Positions 35,509 through 46,186 of a stretch of DNA of 57,073 nt are shown piece by piece; the first letter of the stretch is position 1; each line of letters begins with the position of its first letter. The notes under the pieces were generated by a model, which was not told the DNA's origin, ran no database searches, and saw only the letters and a program-made list of their open reading frames with translations. Origin of the DNA: an uncultured bacterium (GTDB lineage: Bacteria; SAR324; NAC60-12); contig CBFIGY010000018.1 of assembly GCA_965662235.1 (NCBI GenBank), positions 1-57,073 of the forward strand, written 5' to 3'. Both the position numbers and the translations under genes were made by a program.

Positions 35509-37520
35509 TGCGCGCCTCCGGCCGCGTAGCCACGCTCGTAGCGCTTCCGGATGACCGACTCACGGGTGAGCAGCTGCTTCGGTCGGTACGAAAGGCACAG
35601 GCCAATGCCGAGGGTGAAGATCGGCAACGCCGACCACGCCCAAGCCATGAGGGGGTTGACAAACATCCGGATCGTCACGGTGCCCTGATCGGAACCGTCT
35701 TCACTGGAGAAGATGAGGTAGAGGTCCTCGCTGAAGGTCCGGCGGATGGCGACCTCTGTCAGCGGCTGCGGCTGCGTGGGGTAGAAACTCTTGGCGGGCT
35801 TCATCACCTCCAGCAGGGTGCCGTCTGCATCGTAGACTTCGATCACTGCCGCCCGATGGGTCGCGTTCGCCACGGGGAACTCCTCCACGCCTTTTGAAAC
35901 CAGCGTGAAGCCTTCCACCGTCTTCGGCACCCCTTGCTCCAGGGTAAAGGAGTGTTCGGTGCTGATGAACTTCCCGGCAATGCCGGCGTACATGAGGATC
36001 ACCCCAACGTGAATCAGCAGGCCTCCGTAACGACGGCGGTTGCGGTTGACGGCATAGAAGAAGCCGGTGAACCAGTTGGTTCGCAGTTGCTTGGCCTTGG
36101 CGTTTCCGGCCTTGGTCACCTCAATGACGATGGTGGCCGACACAAACGACGTGGTCCAGATGATGGCGTAGACGCCAGAAGCGGATCCGGACGGAAGCAG
36201 AAAGAAGCCGGCGACGGTCGCTAGGGTGGCCAGCAGCATCGGACTCTGGAAGCTCCGACGCAGGCTCTCCCAGCTCGCTTTCCGCCAAGCGATGAGCGTG
36301 CCGATGCCCATGAGGAACATCAGCAGGTAGCCCATGGGCGCAATGATCGTGTTGAAGAACGGCGCCTGAATGGAGAGCTTCGCGCCCCGGACTGCTTCTG
36401 CCAGCAGCGGGAAGGTGGTTCCCAGCAGAACCGTGAAGGCAATGCTGACGAAGAGGACGTTTTGCGCAAGGAAGGCGTTTTCCCGGCACAGCACCGACTC
36501 CATCTTGTGCTCAGACTCCAGCAGGTTGATCCGCTTGAACAGCAGGGCAAACGCGATCACCAGCACCACGGCTAGGAACACGAGGAAGGCCGGACCAATT
36601 TCGGACTGTGTGAAGGAGTGGACCGAATTAACAACGCCGGAGCGGGTCAGGAACGTTCCAATGATCGTCAGAGCAAAGGTGACAATGATGAGCACCACGT
36701 TCCAGATCCGGAGCATGTTCCGCTTCTCCTGAATCATCACGGAGTGCAGGAACGCGGTTCCAGTCAGCCAGGGCATGAAGGCCGCGTTTTCCACCGGGTC
36801 CCATGCCCAGAAGCCGCCCCAGCCCAGCTCCTCATAGGCCCACTGGCCACCGAGGATCAGTCCTGCCGAAAGGAAGTAGAAGGCAAACAGCGTCCAGCGC
36901 CGGGTGGTCAGAACCCATTCGTTGTCCAGCCGTCCCTTGATCAGGCCGCCCATTGCAAACGCGAAGGGGACGCTGAAGCCGATGAAGCCCAGGTACAGGG
37001 ATGGCGGGTGCACGGCCATTGCCGGATGCTGGAGCAGCGGATTCAGGCCCCGCCCTTCTTCCGGAATCACCGACTGCAGTTCCAACGGATTGGACCACCC
37101 CAGCAAGAGGATGAGCAGGAACGCCATCAGGGCGTTCAGGGTGGTGAGCACGTAGGGAATGATTTCTCGGTTCGAGTACTGGTAGCGGAAGGCCACCACC
37201 ATCGTGAAGAGGCTCTGGACCAACAGCCAGAACAGGAGGGATCCGTCTAGTCCGCCCCAGAAGGCCGCCACTTTGTAGAAAAGTGGCATGTCGGTGCTGG
37301 AGGTTTCCCAGACGTAGCGAATGCTAAAATCGCTCGTGATCAGCGCGTATTCAAGGACCAGAGAGGCCAGCGCAATCAAGAAGAACGTCAGGATGCTGGC
37401 GTTCTGGGCGGAGCGGACCAAATTCCAATTGTTGGTCCTCACGCCGAGGTGCGGCACGACCGTGCCGTAGAGGCAGGCAGCAAGAGCCACCATTAATGAG
37501 ATTGTACCAAAATCTGCCAT
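35505..37520 (-). CDS. ccmF: Cytochrome c heme lyase CcmF
   Basis: GLNPLLQHP, HPP, WAYEELGWGGFWAWDPVENA, TRSG...SVHSF. Confidence 0.95.
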   Translation of the reverse strand: MADFGTISLMVALAACLYGTVVPHLGVRTNNWNLVRSAQNASILTFFLIALASLVLEYALITSDFSIRYVWETSSTDMPLFYKVAAFWGGLDGSLLFWLLVQSLFTMVVAFRYQYSNREIIPYVLTTLNALMAFLLILLLGWSNPLELQSVIPEEGRGLNPLLQHPAMAVHPPSLYLGFIGFSVPFAFAMGGLIKGRLDNEWVLTTRRWTLFAFYFLSAGLILGGQWAYEELGWGGFWAWDPVENAAFMPWLTGTAFLHSVMIQEKRNMLRIWNVVLIIVTFALTIIGTFLTRSGVVNSVHSFTQSEIGPAFLVFLAVVLVIAFALLFKRINLLESEHKMESVLCRENAFLAQNVLFVSIAFTVLLGTTFPLLAEAVRGAKLSIQAPFFNTIIAPMGYLLMFLMGIGTLIAWRKASWESLRRSFQSPMLLATLATVAGFFLLPSGSASGVYAIIWTTSFVSATIVIEVTKAGNAKAKQLRTNWFTGFFYAVNRNRRRYGGLLIHVGVILMYAGIAGKFISTEHSFTLEQGVPKTVEGFTLVSKGVEEFPVANATHRAAVIEVYDADGTLLEVMKPAKSFYPTQPQPLTEVAIRRTFSEDLYLIFSSEDGSDQGTVTIRMFVNPLMAWAWSALPIFTLGIGLCLSYRPKQLLTRESVIRKRYERGYAAGGAQ

Positions 37521-37655
37521 GGTTCACCATTACGGGTGGAGGGTGGGTAAGACGCTCAACAGAGTACCCGCCCATGATGGTGCTGCAAGTTTTCTATCAC
37601 GAAAAAATGTAACGATCCGGCGGAATGCCGGTGCCTCCGGAGGAGGCGACTGAGG

Positions 37656-39272
37656 TCAGCGGCTACGCGCAATTTCCTGCTGCACCCGCTCTAGGGTACG
37701 CTGGATTTTGAGGTTGTTGGGCTCCAACGCCAGGGCCTGACTCCAGGCCTCTTCAGCCAGGCGGAGTTCGTTGAGCTGATGGTAGGTGATGCCCAGGTTC
37801 CACCACGCCACCGTGTAGGTCGGGTACTTGCGGGTCAGGCTTTCTAGGAAGCTACGGGCCTCTTCAAGGCGTCCACGCTTGATCAGCACCGTTCCCAGTC
37901 GCAGCAGCGCCCGAGAGTTGTCAGGAGAGTTCCGGAGGGAGTCCCGGTAGGCATTCTCGGCAGCCTCCATCTCGCCAAGCTTCTCCAGCGTGTAGCCGTA
38001 GTACAGGAGCACCTGCGGCTCGTTGGGAAACCGCTTCCGGAGGGGATCAAGGAGTTTCAGGCTTCCGGCTAGGTCTTCCTGCGCAATCCGGAGACGAGCC
38101 AAGAACACTGGGGACTCCGGACGGTCGGGTTCCAGCTGCTGGGCGCGTTTGAAGTAGCGCTCCGCACGGGTCCACTCTCCGGCCTGATACTGCGCCTCGC
38201 CTTCCCGCATCAGGGTCGCGTAGTCTTCCTGCTCGCCGGAGTCTTCAGAAGGAACCAGCCAACGTTCCAGTTCTGGCGCCAGTACATGATAAGGGGGGAG
38301 GTCCCGCGGGCTGGCCTCTTTGAGAAACGGGTAGTGCGTCAGCCCGGAGACAATGTAGTTCTGGCCATCTTGCGGACGCTGTCCCACCGTCAACCCATAG
38401 AGGATCAGGGCCGGTCCCAGCCGTGGATTGGTCGCATTGGCCTGCACCGCTTCTGACTTGGCCAGAGGCTTTTCCCCTTTCAGGTGGAGGATGAGGGCCA
38501 TGAGAGCATGCTGCTCGCTGGCGCCAGGCTGTAGCTCCATGGCCGGTTTCAGTGCGTCCTCGGCTTCGCGTAACGTCGGGACGTGCGCCGGGCGCCGAAC
38601 CGTTGCCTTGAGGACCAACAGCATCGCCCGGTGGTAGGCAATCCACTGCTGCAGTTCCGGATAGCTGGACTCCAGCGCGTCCAGCTCCGTGAGGCGTGTG
38701 TCCAGAGTATCCGGAGGAATCTGCGTCAGCTGAGCCCGCCAGCGGAAGAAGGCTTCGGTGCCCTCCCAGGAGTAGGAGGGAGGCCAGGGGTCGAGCTCGG
38801 CAAAAATTGTGGAGCGTCCCATTCCCTGCAGCAGCTCGTCCACCACTCCGGCCGGGTCGGTCCACGAGAGCGTCTGGGTCCACTCCTGCACGGTCCACTC
38901 CTGACCGTTGTGCTGCAGCACCTGCCAGGTGGCAACCGCTTGACCAAGCACCTTTTGGAGGCTCAGGGAGACGCCCACCTCCACCTGCATTTCCGTGAGG
39001 GTGGCCTGGAGGTTTTGCTTCAGACGCGGCTGCCACAGCTCCACAATTTCAGGAGGCATGACCGCAAACTGTCCGGAAAGCTGCAGCTGCCGAGTCAGCT
39101 CAAACTGCAGAAAGGGCTCCAGCCAGGGGGCACTCTGAGAGGGGTACGTGAGGGTAGGGCGCAACACCGTCACCTGAAGCTTGCCCCAGCACCACGTGGG
39201 CAGGAGGAGCAGCGCCAGGCTGAAAAGAAGGGGCCACCAAACCTGTCGACGGATCACAGGGCTGAAGCGCAT
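37656..39272 (-). CDS. Exported tetratricopeptide-repeat protein
   Basis: Signal peptide; C-terminal TPRs (ALLRLGTVL, AWWNLGITY..ALALEPNN). Confidence 0.85.
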   Translation of the reverse strand: MRFSPVIRRQVWWPLLFSLALLLLPTWCWGKLQVTVLRPTLTYPSQSAPWLEPFLQFELTRQLQLSGQFAVMPPEIVELWQPRLKQNLQATLTEMQVEVGVSLSLQKVLGQAVATWQVLQHNGQEWTVQEWTQTLSWTDPAGVVDELLQGMGRSTIFAELDPWPPSYSWEGTEAFFRWRAQLTQIPPDTLDTRLTELDALESSYPELQQWIAYHRAMLLVLKATVRRPAHVPTLREAEDALKPAMELQPGASEQHALMALILHLKGEKPLAKSEAVQANATNPRLGPALILYGLTVGQRPQDGQNYIVSGLTHYPFLKEASPRDLPPYHVLAPELERWLVPSEDSGEQEDYATLMREGEAQYQAGEWTRAERYFKRAQQLEPDRPESPVFLARLRIAQEDLAGSLKLLDPLRKRFPNEPQVLLYYGYTLEKLGEMEAAENAYRDSLRNSPDNSRALLRLGTVLIKRGRLEEARSFLESLTRKYPTYTVAWWNLGITYHQLNELRLAEEAWSQALALEPNNLKIQRTLERVQQEIARSR

Positions 39273-39300
39273 GGAGGGGGTGGACCGTTAGGGGAGGGGC

Positions 39301-39576
39301 TCAGTAGTGATGCCCGGAGTTTTCGTAAGACGGAGACTCGTAGGAGGTCGTGGACTCTTCCTGTGCCTCGCCCTCTTCGGCGTTGCTGCCACCGTCTTCA
39401 GCATCAAACTGCTCAAATTTTTCAATCAAGGCGTTCAGCTTGTCTTCCCACTCCTGCTGCTGCTGCTCCAGCTCATCGTTGCGTTGCTTGAGCTCGGCAA
39501 TTTCCATGCGCTGCATCTCAATGGTTTCAATCGCATCCTGAATCTTGGCTTCCAGCCGGGACATTGTGTCAGACAT
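39301..39576 (-). CDS. zapB: ZapB-like cell division coiled-coil protein
   Basis: LEAKIQDAIETIEM..MEIAELK..N...EW..KLNAL pattern; acidic tail. Confidence 0.7.
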   Translation of the reverse strand: MSDTMSRLEAKIQDAIETIEMQRMEIAELKQRNDELEQQQQEWEDKLNALIEKFEQFDAEDGGSNAEEGEAQEESTTSYESPSYENSGHHY

Positions 39577-39746
39577 TCTTCATCCTTGAAGTAATTGGGG
39601 AAGTTAACAAACCGTGCTGCCAAACCAGAGGGTTTCAGCACCCAACTCAATGCCGGGTTAAGGGGTCCCGAAACAGGGTCAGCAGACGGTCCAAGTAGAA
39701 GGGGTTTGGCGGGGTTTTGCAAGTAAAAAGTGTGTTCTGGAGCCCC

Positions 39747-41681
39747 TTAGGACACCTTTCGCGCCTCCTGAGGAAGAGCACGCAGGCGTTGGGGTTGACG
39801 GGCTTCCAGACGTGCCTGAATCTGAGCTTCAATCGCCTCCACAGACAGGCCTGCCTCCTCGCGTTGCTCCTCCGGAGAGCCCTGGGCGATGAAGCGGTCG
39901 GGAATGCCCAGCACCAGGGTTTCCACAGAAGACCGGGCCGATGAGAGGGCCTCCAGCACAGCGCTCCCGAATCCGCCGTGGGCCGTGTTTTCCTCCAGCG
40001 TCACCACCAGCTCAGCGGATTCAGCAAAGCGCAGCAGTGTGGCTTCGTCCAGAGGCTTCACAAAACGACCGTTGATCACAGCGCACGACCAACCCTGCTC
40101 ACTCAGGCGATCCGCAACCGCTTGGGCGGCATCAACCATGACTCCGACGGCAAAGATCGCCACCTCGGTGCCTTCCTGAAGCACATGCGCCCGGCCCAGT
40201 TCAATTTCGGGAACCGACGACTCTTCCAGCTCAGCCGACTCTCCACGTGGGTAGCGCATGGCAATGGGTCCAGACTCAAACTGGTGGGCAAAGCGGAGCA
40301 TCCGTTTCATTTCCGCACCGTTGCGAGGCACCATCACCGTCAGTCCCGGGATCATCCGCAGGTAAGTGAGGTCATAGGCCCCATGGTGCGTGGGCCCGTC
40401 GGCGCCGACAAAGCCGGCACGATCGAGCATCAGGCGGACCGGGAGCTTCTGGATTGCGACGTCGTGAATGAGCTGATCAATGGACCGCTGGAGGAAGGAA
40501 GAGTAGATGGCCACAAAGGGTTTGGTGCCATTGGTCGCCATTCCCGCAGCACAGGTCACCGCGTGCCCTTCGGCAATCCCAACGTCAATGATGCGTTCCG
40601 GGTAGCGTTCTTGCAGGGCTAAGAGTCCGGTCCCGCTGAGCATGGCGGCGCTGATCCCGACCACATCCGGATCCTGCGTCATCAGTTCACTCAGCGTGGA
40701 GCCAAACAGGTCGGAGTAGCTGACGGCCTTGGTGGGCGCCGCAGTGCTCTTTTTGATGAATTCGCCACTCTCCGGGACAAAGGGTTTCACCCCGTGGTAC
40801 TTGTAGGCGTCTTCTTCCGCGTACTTGTAGCCCTTGCCCTTTTTGGTGATCGCATGGACCACCACCGGCCCCTCGAAGTCCTTCACATGCGTCAGCATGT
40901 CGAGGAGTTCCTTCAGGTTGTGTCCATCGACCGGGCCAAAGTAACGCCACCCCAGCTGCTCAAAGAGCATCCCTGGAGTGAAGAAGGTCTTCATGGAGTC
41001 CAGCACCTTCTCCATGCCAATGTGGAGGGTTTTGGAAAACGGAGACTTGCCGATGAGGTCCCAGGTCTCTTCGCGGATGCGGTTGTAGTAACGTGAGGCA
41101 GCAATGCGGGTGACGAATTTGGAGAGGGCGCCCACATTCGGGTCAATGCTCATGCCGTTGTCACTGTAGATCAGCAGCATTTTCTTTTCGGCAAACCCGT
41201 TGTGGTTGAGCGCCTCAAACGCCATGCCTCCGGTCATGGAGCCATCGCCAATGACGGCAATGACCTGGTGGTCCTCTTCCCGGAGGTCCCGGCTGATGGC
41301 CATGCCCACTCCGGCAGAGATCGACGTGGAGGCATGCCCAGCCCCGAAGTGGTCATACGGGCTCTCGTCCCGGGACAGAAACTTCTTGATGCCCCCCCGT
41401 TGGGCTAGGGTTTCAAAGGCATCGCTTCGGCCACTGAGGATCTTGTGGGCGTAGGCCTGGTGCCCGACGTCCCAGATGATGCGGTCCTTCTGGAAGTCGA
41501 ACAGGTGGAAGAGGGCCACAGAGAGTTCCACCGCGCCGAGAGAAGACGCCAAGTGCCCGCCGCGCTTGCTGGTGACCTCAATAATCCGTTGCCGGCACTC
41601 TTCAGCGAGTTGCTCGAGTTGCGTTAAACTCAGCTGTTGAATCTCGCGGGGTTGTGAGATATTTTTTAGCAACGAGTTCAT
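39747..41681 (-). CDS. dxs: 1-deoxy-D-xylulose-5-phosphate synthase
   Basis: GGHLASSLG, WDVGHQAY, GDGSMTGG, GIAEGH, DRAG.VGADGPTH, RYPRG. Confidence 0.96.
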   Translation of the reverse strand: MNSLLKNISQPREIQQLSLTQLEQLAEECRQRIIEVTSKRGGHLASSLGAVELSVALFHLFDFQKDRIIWDVGHQAYAHKILSGRSDAFETLAQRGGIKKFLSRDESPYDHFGAGHASTSISAGVGMAISRDLREEDHQVIAVIGDGSMTGGMAFEALNHNGFAEKKMLLIYSDNGMSIDPNVGALSKFVTRIAASRYYNRIREETWDLIGKSPFSKTLHIGMEKVLDSMKTFFTPGMLFEQLGWRYFGPVDGHNLKELLDMLTHVKDFEGPVVVHAITKKGKGYKYAEEDAYKYHGVKPFVPESGEFIKKSTAAPTKAVSYSDLFGSTLSELMTQDPDVVGISAAMLSGTGLLALQERYPERIIDVGIAEGHAVTCAAGMATNGTKPFVAIYSSFLQRSIDQLIHDVAIQKLPVRLMLDRAGFVGADGPTHHGAYDLTYLRMIPGLTVMVPRNGAEMKRMLRFAHQFESGPIAMRYPRGESAELEESSVPEIELGRAHVLQEGTEVAIFAVGVMVDAAQAVADRLSEQGWSCAVINGRFVKPLDEATLLRFAESAELVVTLEENTAHGGFGSAVLEALSSARSSVETLVLGIPDRFIAQGSPEEQREEAGLSVEAIEAQIQARLEARQPQRLRALPQEARKVS

Positions 41682-41774
41682 GTCTTTGTTGAAAAACGAG
41701 TTAGCTGGGTCCCCCAGTTCCACTAGGGACGTGTGCTTGATTTTTTCTTGAATCGCGGTCTTTCAGGAGTTCCC

Positions 41775-44180
41775 TTGAACGATTCTCTTCTTCAAAGTGT
41801 CCAACAGAAACGCTCGGCGCTTCAGCAACAGAGACGACCGGTTTCTCAGCTCCAGGCCGCTCAGGTTGAAACCGAAGCCATCCAGCAGTTTGTCAAAACG
41901 GCACTTCATCCCGACCATCGCTGGTTCATTCCGTCGAGTGAGCAAAGCACCATCGTCAAGACGCTGAACGAGATCCGTCAGCTCTTCAAAACGTATTATG
42001 AGGACTGCCGAACTCCGGAGCACTTCCAGCGGGCGCCTCAGCGCTTCCTTGAACTGGGCAACCGGATCAGCCACCTCAGCTACTGCATCCACCTGAGCCT
42101 CGACCAGGGCTTCTTTGGCATTGAGCCCAAAGGCCTGACTCCACGGGAGTCCGTTTCCCGGGCTCTGGAACGACTGGATCGGCTGCACGACAGCCTCCAG
42201 GGCCAGACGTGGAAGGACCTGCCCATTCCTCATCAGGTAGAGGAGGAGTTCGTCTCACAGTTTGAGCAGATCTACTCCGAGCAGAAGCCCAAGGCGCAGG
42301 ACCTGTTGAACCGCCCCGACTTTGGCGGTGCAGAGAAGCCCCTTACGGTTGAACAGCTTGAAGCCGCTTACGCGCTGTTTCAAGGGCTCCGCCCCCTGCA
42401 GGAAATGGAAGAACAGCTGCTCGAATCTGTTTTGAAGGGAGAGCACCCTCATCCGCCATCTCCGGCCCCCAGCATCGAATCCATTCTGCGGCGGCTCAAG
42501 AACCTCCAGCAAAGCCTGACGCTGCAGCATCCGCCCAAGCCCCTGCACGATCCCAAGGGGCGTTTCCCGCTCACGGTGAACGACCTGCGCCTGCAGCTCG
42601 GACTGCTTCAGGTCCCACTGGCTCCGTTGCAGTACCTGAGCGACCTGAGTCTGCAGCTTGGAGGCAGCCGTAACCCCAGCGGGTTCGCGGAGAGGCATCT
42701 TCAAAAGGCTACACAGGAGCAACAAGACCTGCAAATGTTTAATGGGAAGCTGGACCAGGTCCTAGACTCCCTCCGGCAGGTCAATTCCATCTTAGGGAAC
42801 CTGGCCGTTTCATTTGGGAAGCTCTACTACAACGCCTCTCCCAAACGCCTGCAGGCCGCCTTCCTGAAAAAGGTCCTCACCACCATCCGGGGCCTCCTGC
42901 GCAAGGCGTTGCAGATCTTTGACTCCCACCACCGCATGCTCCTTGAATCCAAAGAGCTGCTGGAAAAAATGGACCTCGTCGTCGCGTTCGTCAAAGGGCT
43001 CACTGAGACCATCAGCGAAATTGAACAGGCCCGCAACGAGATCTCGCAGTATGAGATGCAGCTCGGGGGCTTGCTAGAAGATGTTGACTCCACTCCCAAA
43101 GCCACCTCTGCGCAGCTCTATCAGTGGCTCCAGCAGGCCTATGAGGCCCGGACTTCTGTCGCATCCGCCTGCATGGTGTTGGGTAATGTGGAGATGATGG
43201 GAGAACTGCTTTCTCTCTCCATTGACCGCTTCCAGGACTTCTACGCTCACTTTGACACCATCAAGGCGGAGCACACGGACCCTGCTGAGCGAGCCCAGGC
43301 CCTGAAGGACTTCTTGGCCACTCCGCCCAGCTATCAGGAGGAGCTTCTCAAAGCGGTCGACTTCAACGCAGAAGCCTTGGAGTGGGTGGTCAATGAAGTG
43401 CTGGAGAGTTCCTTTGAGGAGGAGCGCCTCTTTGTCGAGACCGCCGAGGAGCAGGTGCTCCCCGTGAAGCTGCGGGTGAAGTCGCTGCAGGCGACCGAAG
43501 CCCCTCGAGTGGGAGGAACACGCGATGCCAACTCACCAGAAGAAAAGCGTCCGGCGCATCAGATCCAACGGATGTCCACCGGCAGCAGCTCCGGCGATGC
43601 CGACCCCCTCAAGGCCCTCAAGAGCATGCAGCAGGGACGTCCCTCTGCCCGTTACGATCCGTTCCCGCCCAACGTCATGGACACCATGCGTCGGGTCACT
43701 CGCCGCATGCGGACGCCCAAGGGAGACATGCTGTACTACATCCTGACGCACACGCATGTGATGTTCGACAGCCTCGACAAGTCCGAAGCCAGCTACAACA
43801 TGCCCAACACCACTGTCACCAACCTGGAGCGCGCCCTGCACGCCAGCAAGACGGCAAACGACTTCATTGTCAACTTTGCCAAGCTCAAGCTGCTCACGCA
43901 CGGCTACTACAACTCGCACTCCAAGGAGTTTGTCTTTGACGAGGCAAAGAAGCGGTTCGACATCCCGGCGCAGGTGGACAAGTTCCTCATGCTCAACAAG
44001 GGCGCCTTTGAGACCCCCAAGGGTCTGTTTGACCGGCTGGTCCGGATCATGTTGAAGATGGACGATGCCAAACTGGTGGAGAAGGTCATGACTGAGCAAG
44101 CCTTTGCCATCCTGAAATCAGACTTCATCCTCTCTGATGAGGAGGCCCAGCAGATTCAGGACGAGCTCGCCATGCTCTAG
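41775..44180 (+). CDS. Large helical hypothetical protein (start uncertain)
   Basis: ~800 codon ORF with coding-like codon bias; AGGAG before TTG 41775; no motif recognised. Confidence 0.8.
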   Translation: MNDSLLQSVQQKRSALQQQRRPVSQLQAAQVETEAIQQFVKTALHPDHRWFIPSSEQSTIVKTLNEIRQLFKTYYEDCRTPEHFQRAPQRFLELGNRISHLSYCIHLSLDQGFFGIEPKGLTPRESVSRALERLDRLHDSLQGQTWKDLPIPHQVEEEFVSQFEQIYSEQKPKAQDLLNRPDFGGAEKPLTVEQLEAAYALFQGLRPLQEMEEQLLESVLKGEHPHPPSPAPSIESILRRLKNLQQSLTLQHPPKPLHDPKGRFPLTVNDLRLQLGLLQVPLAPLQYLSDLSLQLGGSRNPSGFAERHLQKATQEQQDLQMFNGKLDQVLDSLRQVNSILGNLAVSFGKLYYNASPKRLQAAFLKKVLTTIRGLLRKALQIFDSHHRMLLESKELLEKMDLVVAFVKGLTETISEIEQARNEISQYEMQLGGLLEDVDSTPKATSAQLYQWLQQAYEARTSVASACMVLGNVEMMGELLSLSIDRFQDFYAHFDTIKAEHTDPAERAQALKDFLATPPSYQEELLKAVDFNAEALEWVVNEVLESSFEEERLFVETAEEQVLPVKLRVKSLQATEAPRVGGTRDANSPEEKRPAHQIQRMSTGSSSGDADPLKALKSMQQGRPSARYDPFPPNVMDTMRRVTRRMRTPKGDMLYYILTHTHVMFDSLDKSEASYNMPNTTVTNLERALHASKTANDFIVNFAKLKLLTHGYYNSHSKEFVFDEAKKRFDIPAQVDKFLMLNKGAFETPKGLFDRLVRIMLKMDDAKLVEKVMTEQAFAILKSDFILSDEEAQQIQDELAML

Positions 44181-44181
44181 T

Positions 44182-44727
44182 TCAGAAGGACGAGCGGAAT
44201 CCGAGCGCAAGCTGCAACTCCGTGGGCCGGTCATGCGGAAGGTGCAGCGTGGTGATGTCCAACCCAAACAGCCAGACGATCCAGTCTGCAGCTCCGGATT
44301 CCCAGCTCCACCCCATGTGGAGCGCATCCAGGGAAGCCTTCTCAGCCGCAGGAGCCTCCTCGGCCGCTTCCCATTCAATGTGCCGGACCGAGAGGGTTGC
44401 GGCCTTCCCGGCCGGGCTGGTCCACTGATCGTGCACCCCCAGTTCCACCCCACGCCCATCGGTTTCCGGACCAAAGGTGCTGAGCCGCGTTTGCCCTCCC
44501 GCGTTTGGGACCTGTACCGCTAGCACATGCAGGTAGCGCGACGGCCCGCCAACCTCATCAAACAAATGAATGGCCATGCCTCCGGCAAGTGTGGTATAAG
44601 AACTGTTTCGGCTCCCGACGGAATGATAGAGCTGAACTTCCGGCAGCACCGGAGCCGACTGGGCCCACAGCAGGGGCCCCCACAACCAAAGCCCCAGTCC
44701 CAGCAACCGTGCTCTCCAATTTGACAA
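44182..44727 (-). CDS. Hypothetical exported beta-rich protein
   Basis: Signal peptide (LWA-Q), amphipathic strands, terminal LQLALGFRSSF. Confidence 0.6.
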   Translation of the reverse strand: MSNWRARLLGLGLWLWGPLLWAQSAPVLPEVQLYHSVGSRNSSYTTLAGGMAIHLFDEVGGPSRYLHVLAVQVPNAGGQTRLSTFGPETDGRGVELGVHDQWTSPAGKAATLSVRHIEWEAAEEAPAAEKASLDALHMGWSWESGAADWIVWLFGLDITTLHLPHDRPTELQLALGFRSSF

Positions 44728-44803
44728 CCGACCTCCCTTTCTGCAAAACGGCGCTCACCGGGCACCGCATTGTTTTCAATTGAACCTCATTACCACTCAG
44801 TCA

Positions 44804-46186
44804 ATGCATTATCGCAGTACGCGCGGACAAGTTGAAGGGCTTTCCTTTGAAGAAGCCGTCATGATGGGCCTGGCCGAAGACGGAGGCCTGCTGGTCCCCG
44901 ACACCCTCCCGGACCTGAGTCAGGCGCTGCAGGGGTGGAAGCACCTGAGTTTCCCCGAGCTCGGAGCCGCCATCCTGCGCCCCTTTGTGGAGGGAGAGCT
45001 TTCAGAGGAAACCCTTGGTGCGCTGCTGAAGCGAAGCTACCAGAGCTTCCGGACTCCTGAGGTGACACCCGTGCAGCCTGTCGGAGACCGCTTCATTCTG
45101 GAACTCTTCCATGGCCCGACGTTCGCGTTCAAGGATGTGGCCCTGCAGTTCCTCGGCAACCTCTTTGAGCACTTCCTCAACCAGCGCCAGCACCCTCTGC
45201 GCATCCTCGGCGCCACTTCGGGAGACACCGGCAGCGCCGCCATTCACGGCATGCGAGGCCGCACAGGGGTCGAGGTTTTCATGCTCCATCCGGAAGGACG
45301 CGTCAGCCCCATCCAGGAGCGGCAGATGACAACGGTGCTGGATCCGAACATCCACAACCTCGCCGTGCAGGGGTTCTTTGATGATGCGCAGAACATCGTC
45401 AAGGACCTGTTTGGTGACCTCGACTTCAAGCGGAAGTACCACCTCGGCGCCGTGAATTCCATCAACTGGGCGCGGGTGCTCGCTCAGATCGTTTACTACT
45501 TTTATGCCTGGTTCCGGGTCAGCCCCAACGGCGCCCCGGTGACCTTTGTGGTCCCCTCCGGAAACTTTGGGAACGTGCTCGCTGGTTGGTACGCCAAGCA
45601 GATGGGGCTTCCGGTGAACCGGCTGGTGGTGGCCACCAATCAGAACGACATCCTCCACCGCTTCTTCAGCACAGGAGAGTACCATCAGCTGGGCGTCACT
45701 CCCACCCTCAGCCCGTCCATGGACATCCAGATTTCCAGCAACTTTGAACGCTACCTGTTCGAGCTGACGGGACGAGATGCCGGCACCATCCAGAACTGGA
45801 TGAGCACCTTCCGGGAGACCGGAAAGCTCACCATTGACGCCGCCTTGCTGGCCAACGCCCGCCAGGAGTTTGACTCTGCTGGCGCCTCCGATGACGACAT
45901 CTTAGAAACCATCCGGAAGACGTACCACGACCAGGGCTACCTGCTCGACCCCCACACGGCCACCGGGGTTCATGCCGCCGAGACGCTTCAGCTCGAAGGC
46001 CCCGTCATCTCCTTGGCCTGCGCGCATCCGGCCAAGTTTGCCGACGCCGTGGAACGCGCCACCGGTTCCGTCCTAGAGCTTCCGGAAGCCCTTCAGGCCC
46101 TGACGACTCAGGAAACCCGCAAGACGGTGCTCCCGGCGACCGCCGCAGCGGTCCGCGAGTACATTGAAGCCCATGTCTCCCTCTGA
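44804..46186 (+). CDS. thrC: Threonine synthase
   Basis: YRSTRG, ELFHGPTFAFKD (PLP Lys), ATSGDTGSAA, NSINWAR, VPSGNFG. Confidence 0.96.
   Translation: MHYRSTRGQVEGLSFEEAVMMGLAEDGGLLVPDTLPDLSQALQGWKHLSFPELGAAILRPFVEGELSEETLGALLKRSYQSFRTPEVTPVQPVGDRFILELFHGPTFAFKDVALQFLGNLFEHFLNQRQHPLRILGATSGDTGSAAIHGMRGRTGVEVFMLHPEGRVSPIQERQMTTVLDPNIHNLAVQGFFDDAQNIVKDLFGDLDFKRKYHLGAVNSINWARVLAQIVYYFYAWFRVSPNGAPVTFVVPSGNFGNVLAGWYAKQMGLPVNRLVVATNQNDILHRFFSTGEYHQLGVTPTLSPSMDIQISSNFERYLFELTGRDAGTIQNWMSTFRETGKLTIDAALLANARQEFDSAGASDDDILETIRKTYHDQGYLLDPHTATGVHAAETLQLEGPVISLACAHPAKFADAVERATGSVLELPEALQALTTQETRKTVLPATAAAVREYIEAHVSL

Noticed and set aside
37656..39272. TPR protein as CcmI/CycH
   Set aside because: Lacks the CcmI membrane architecture; adjacency to ccmF alone is insufficient
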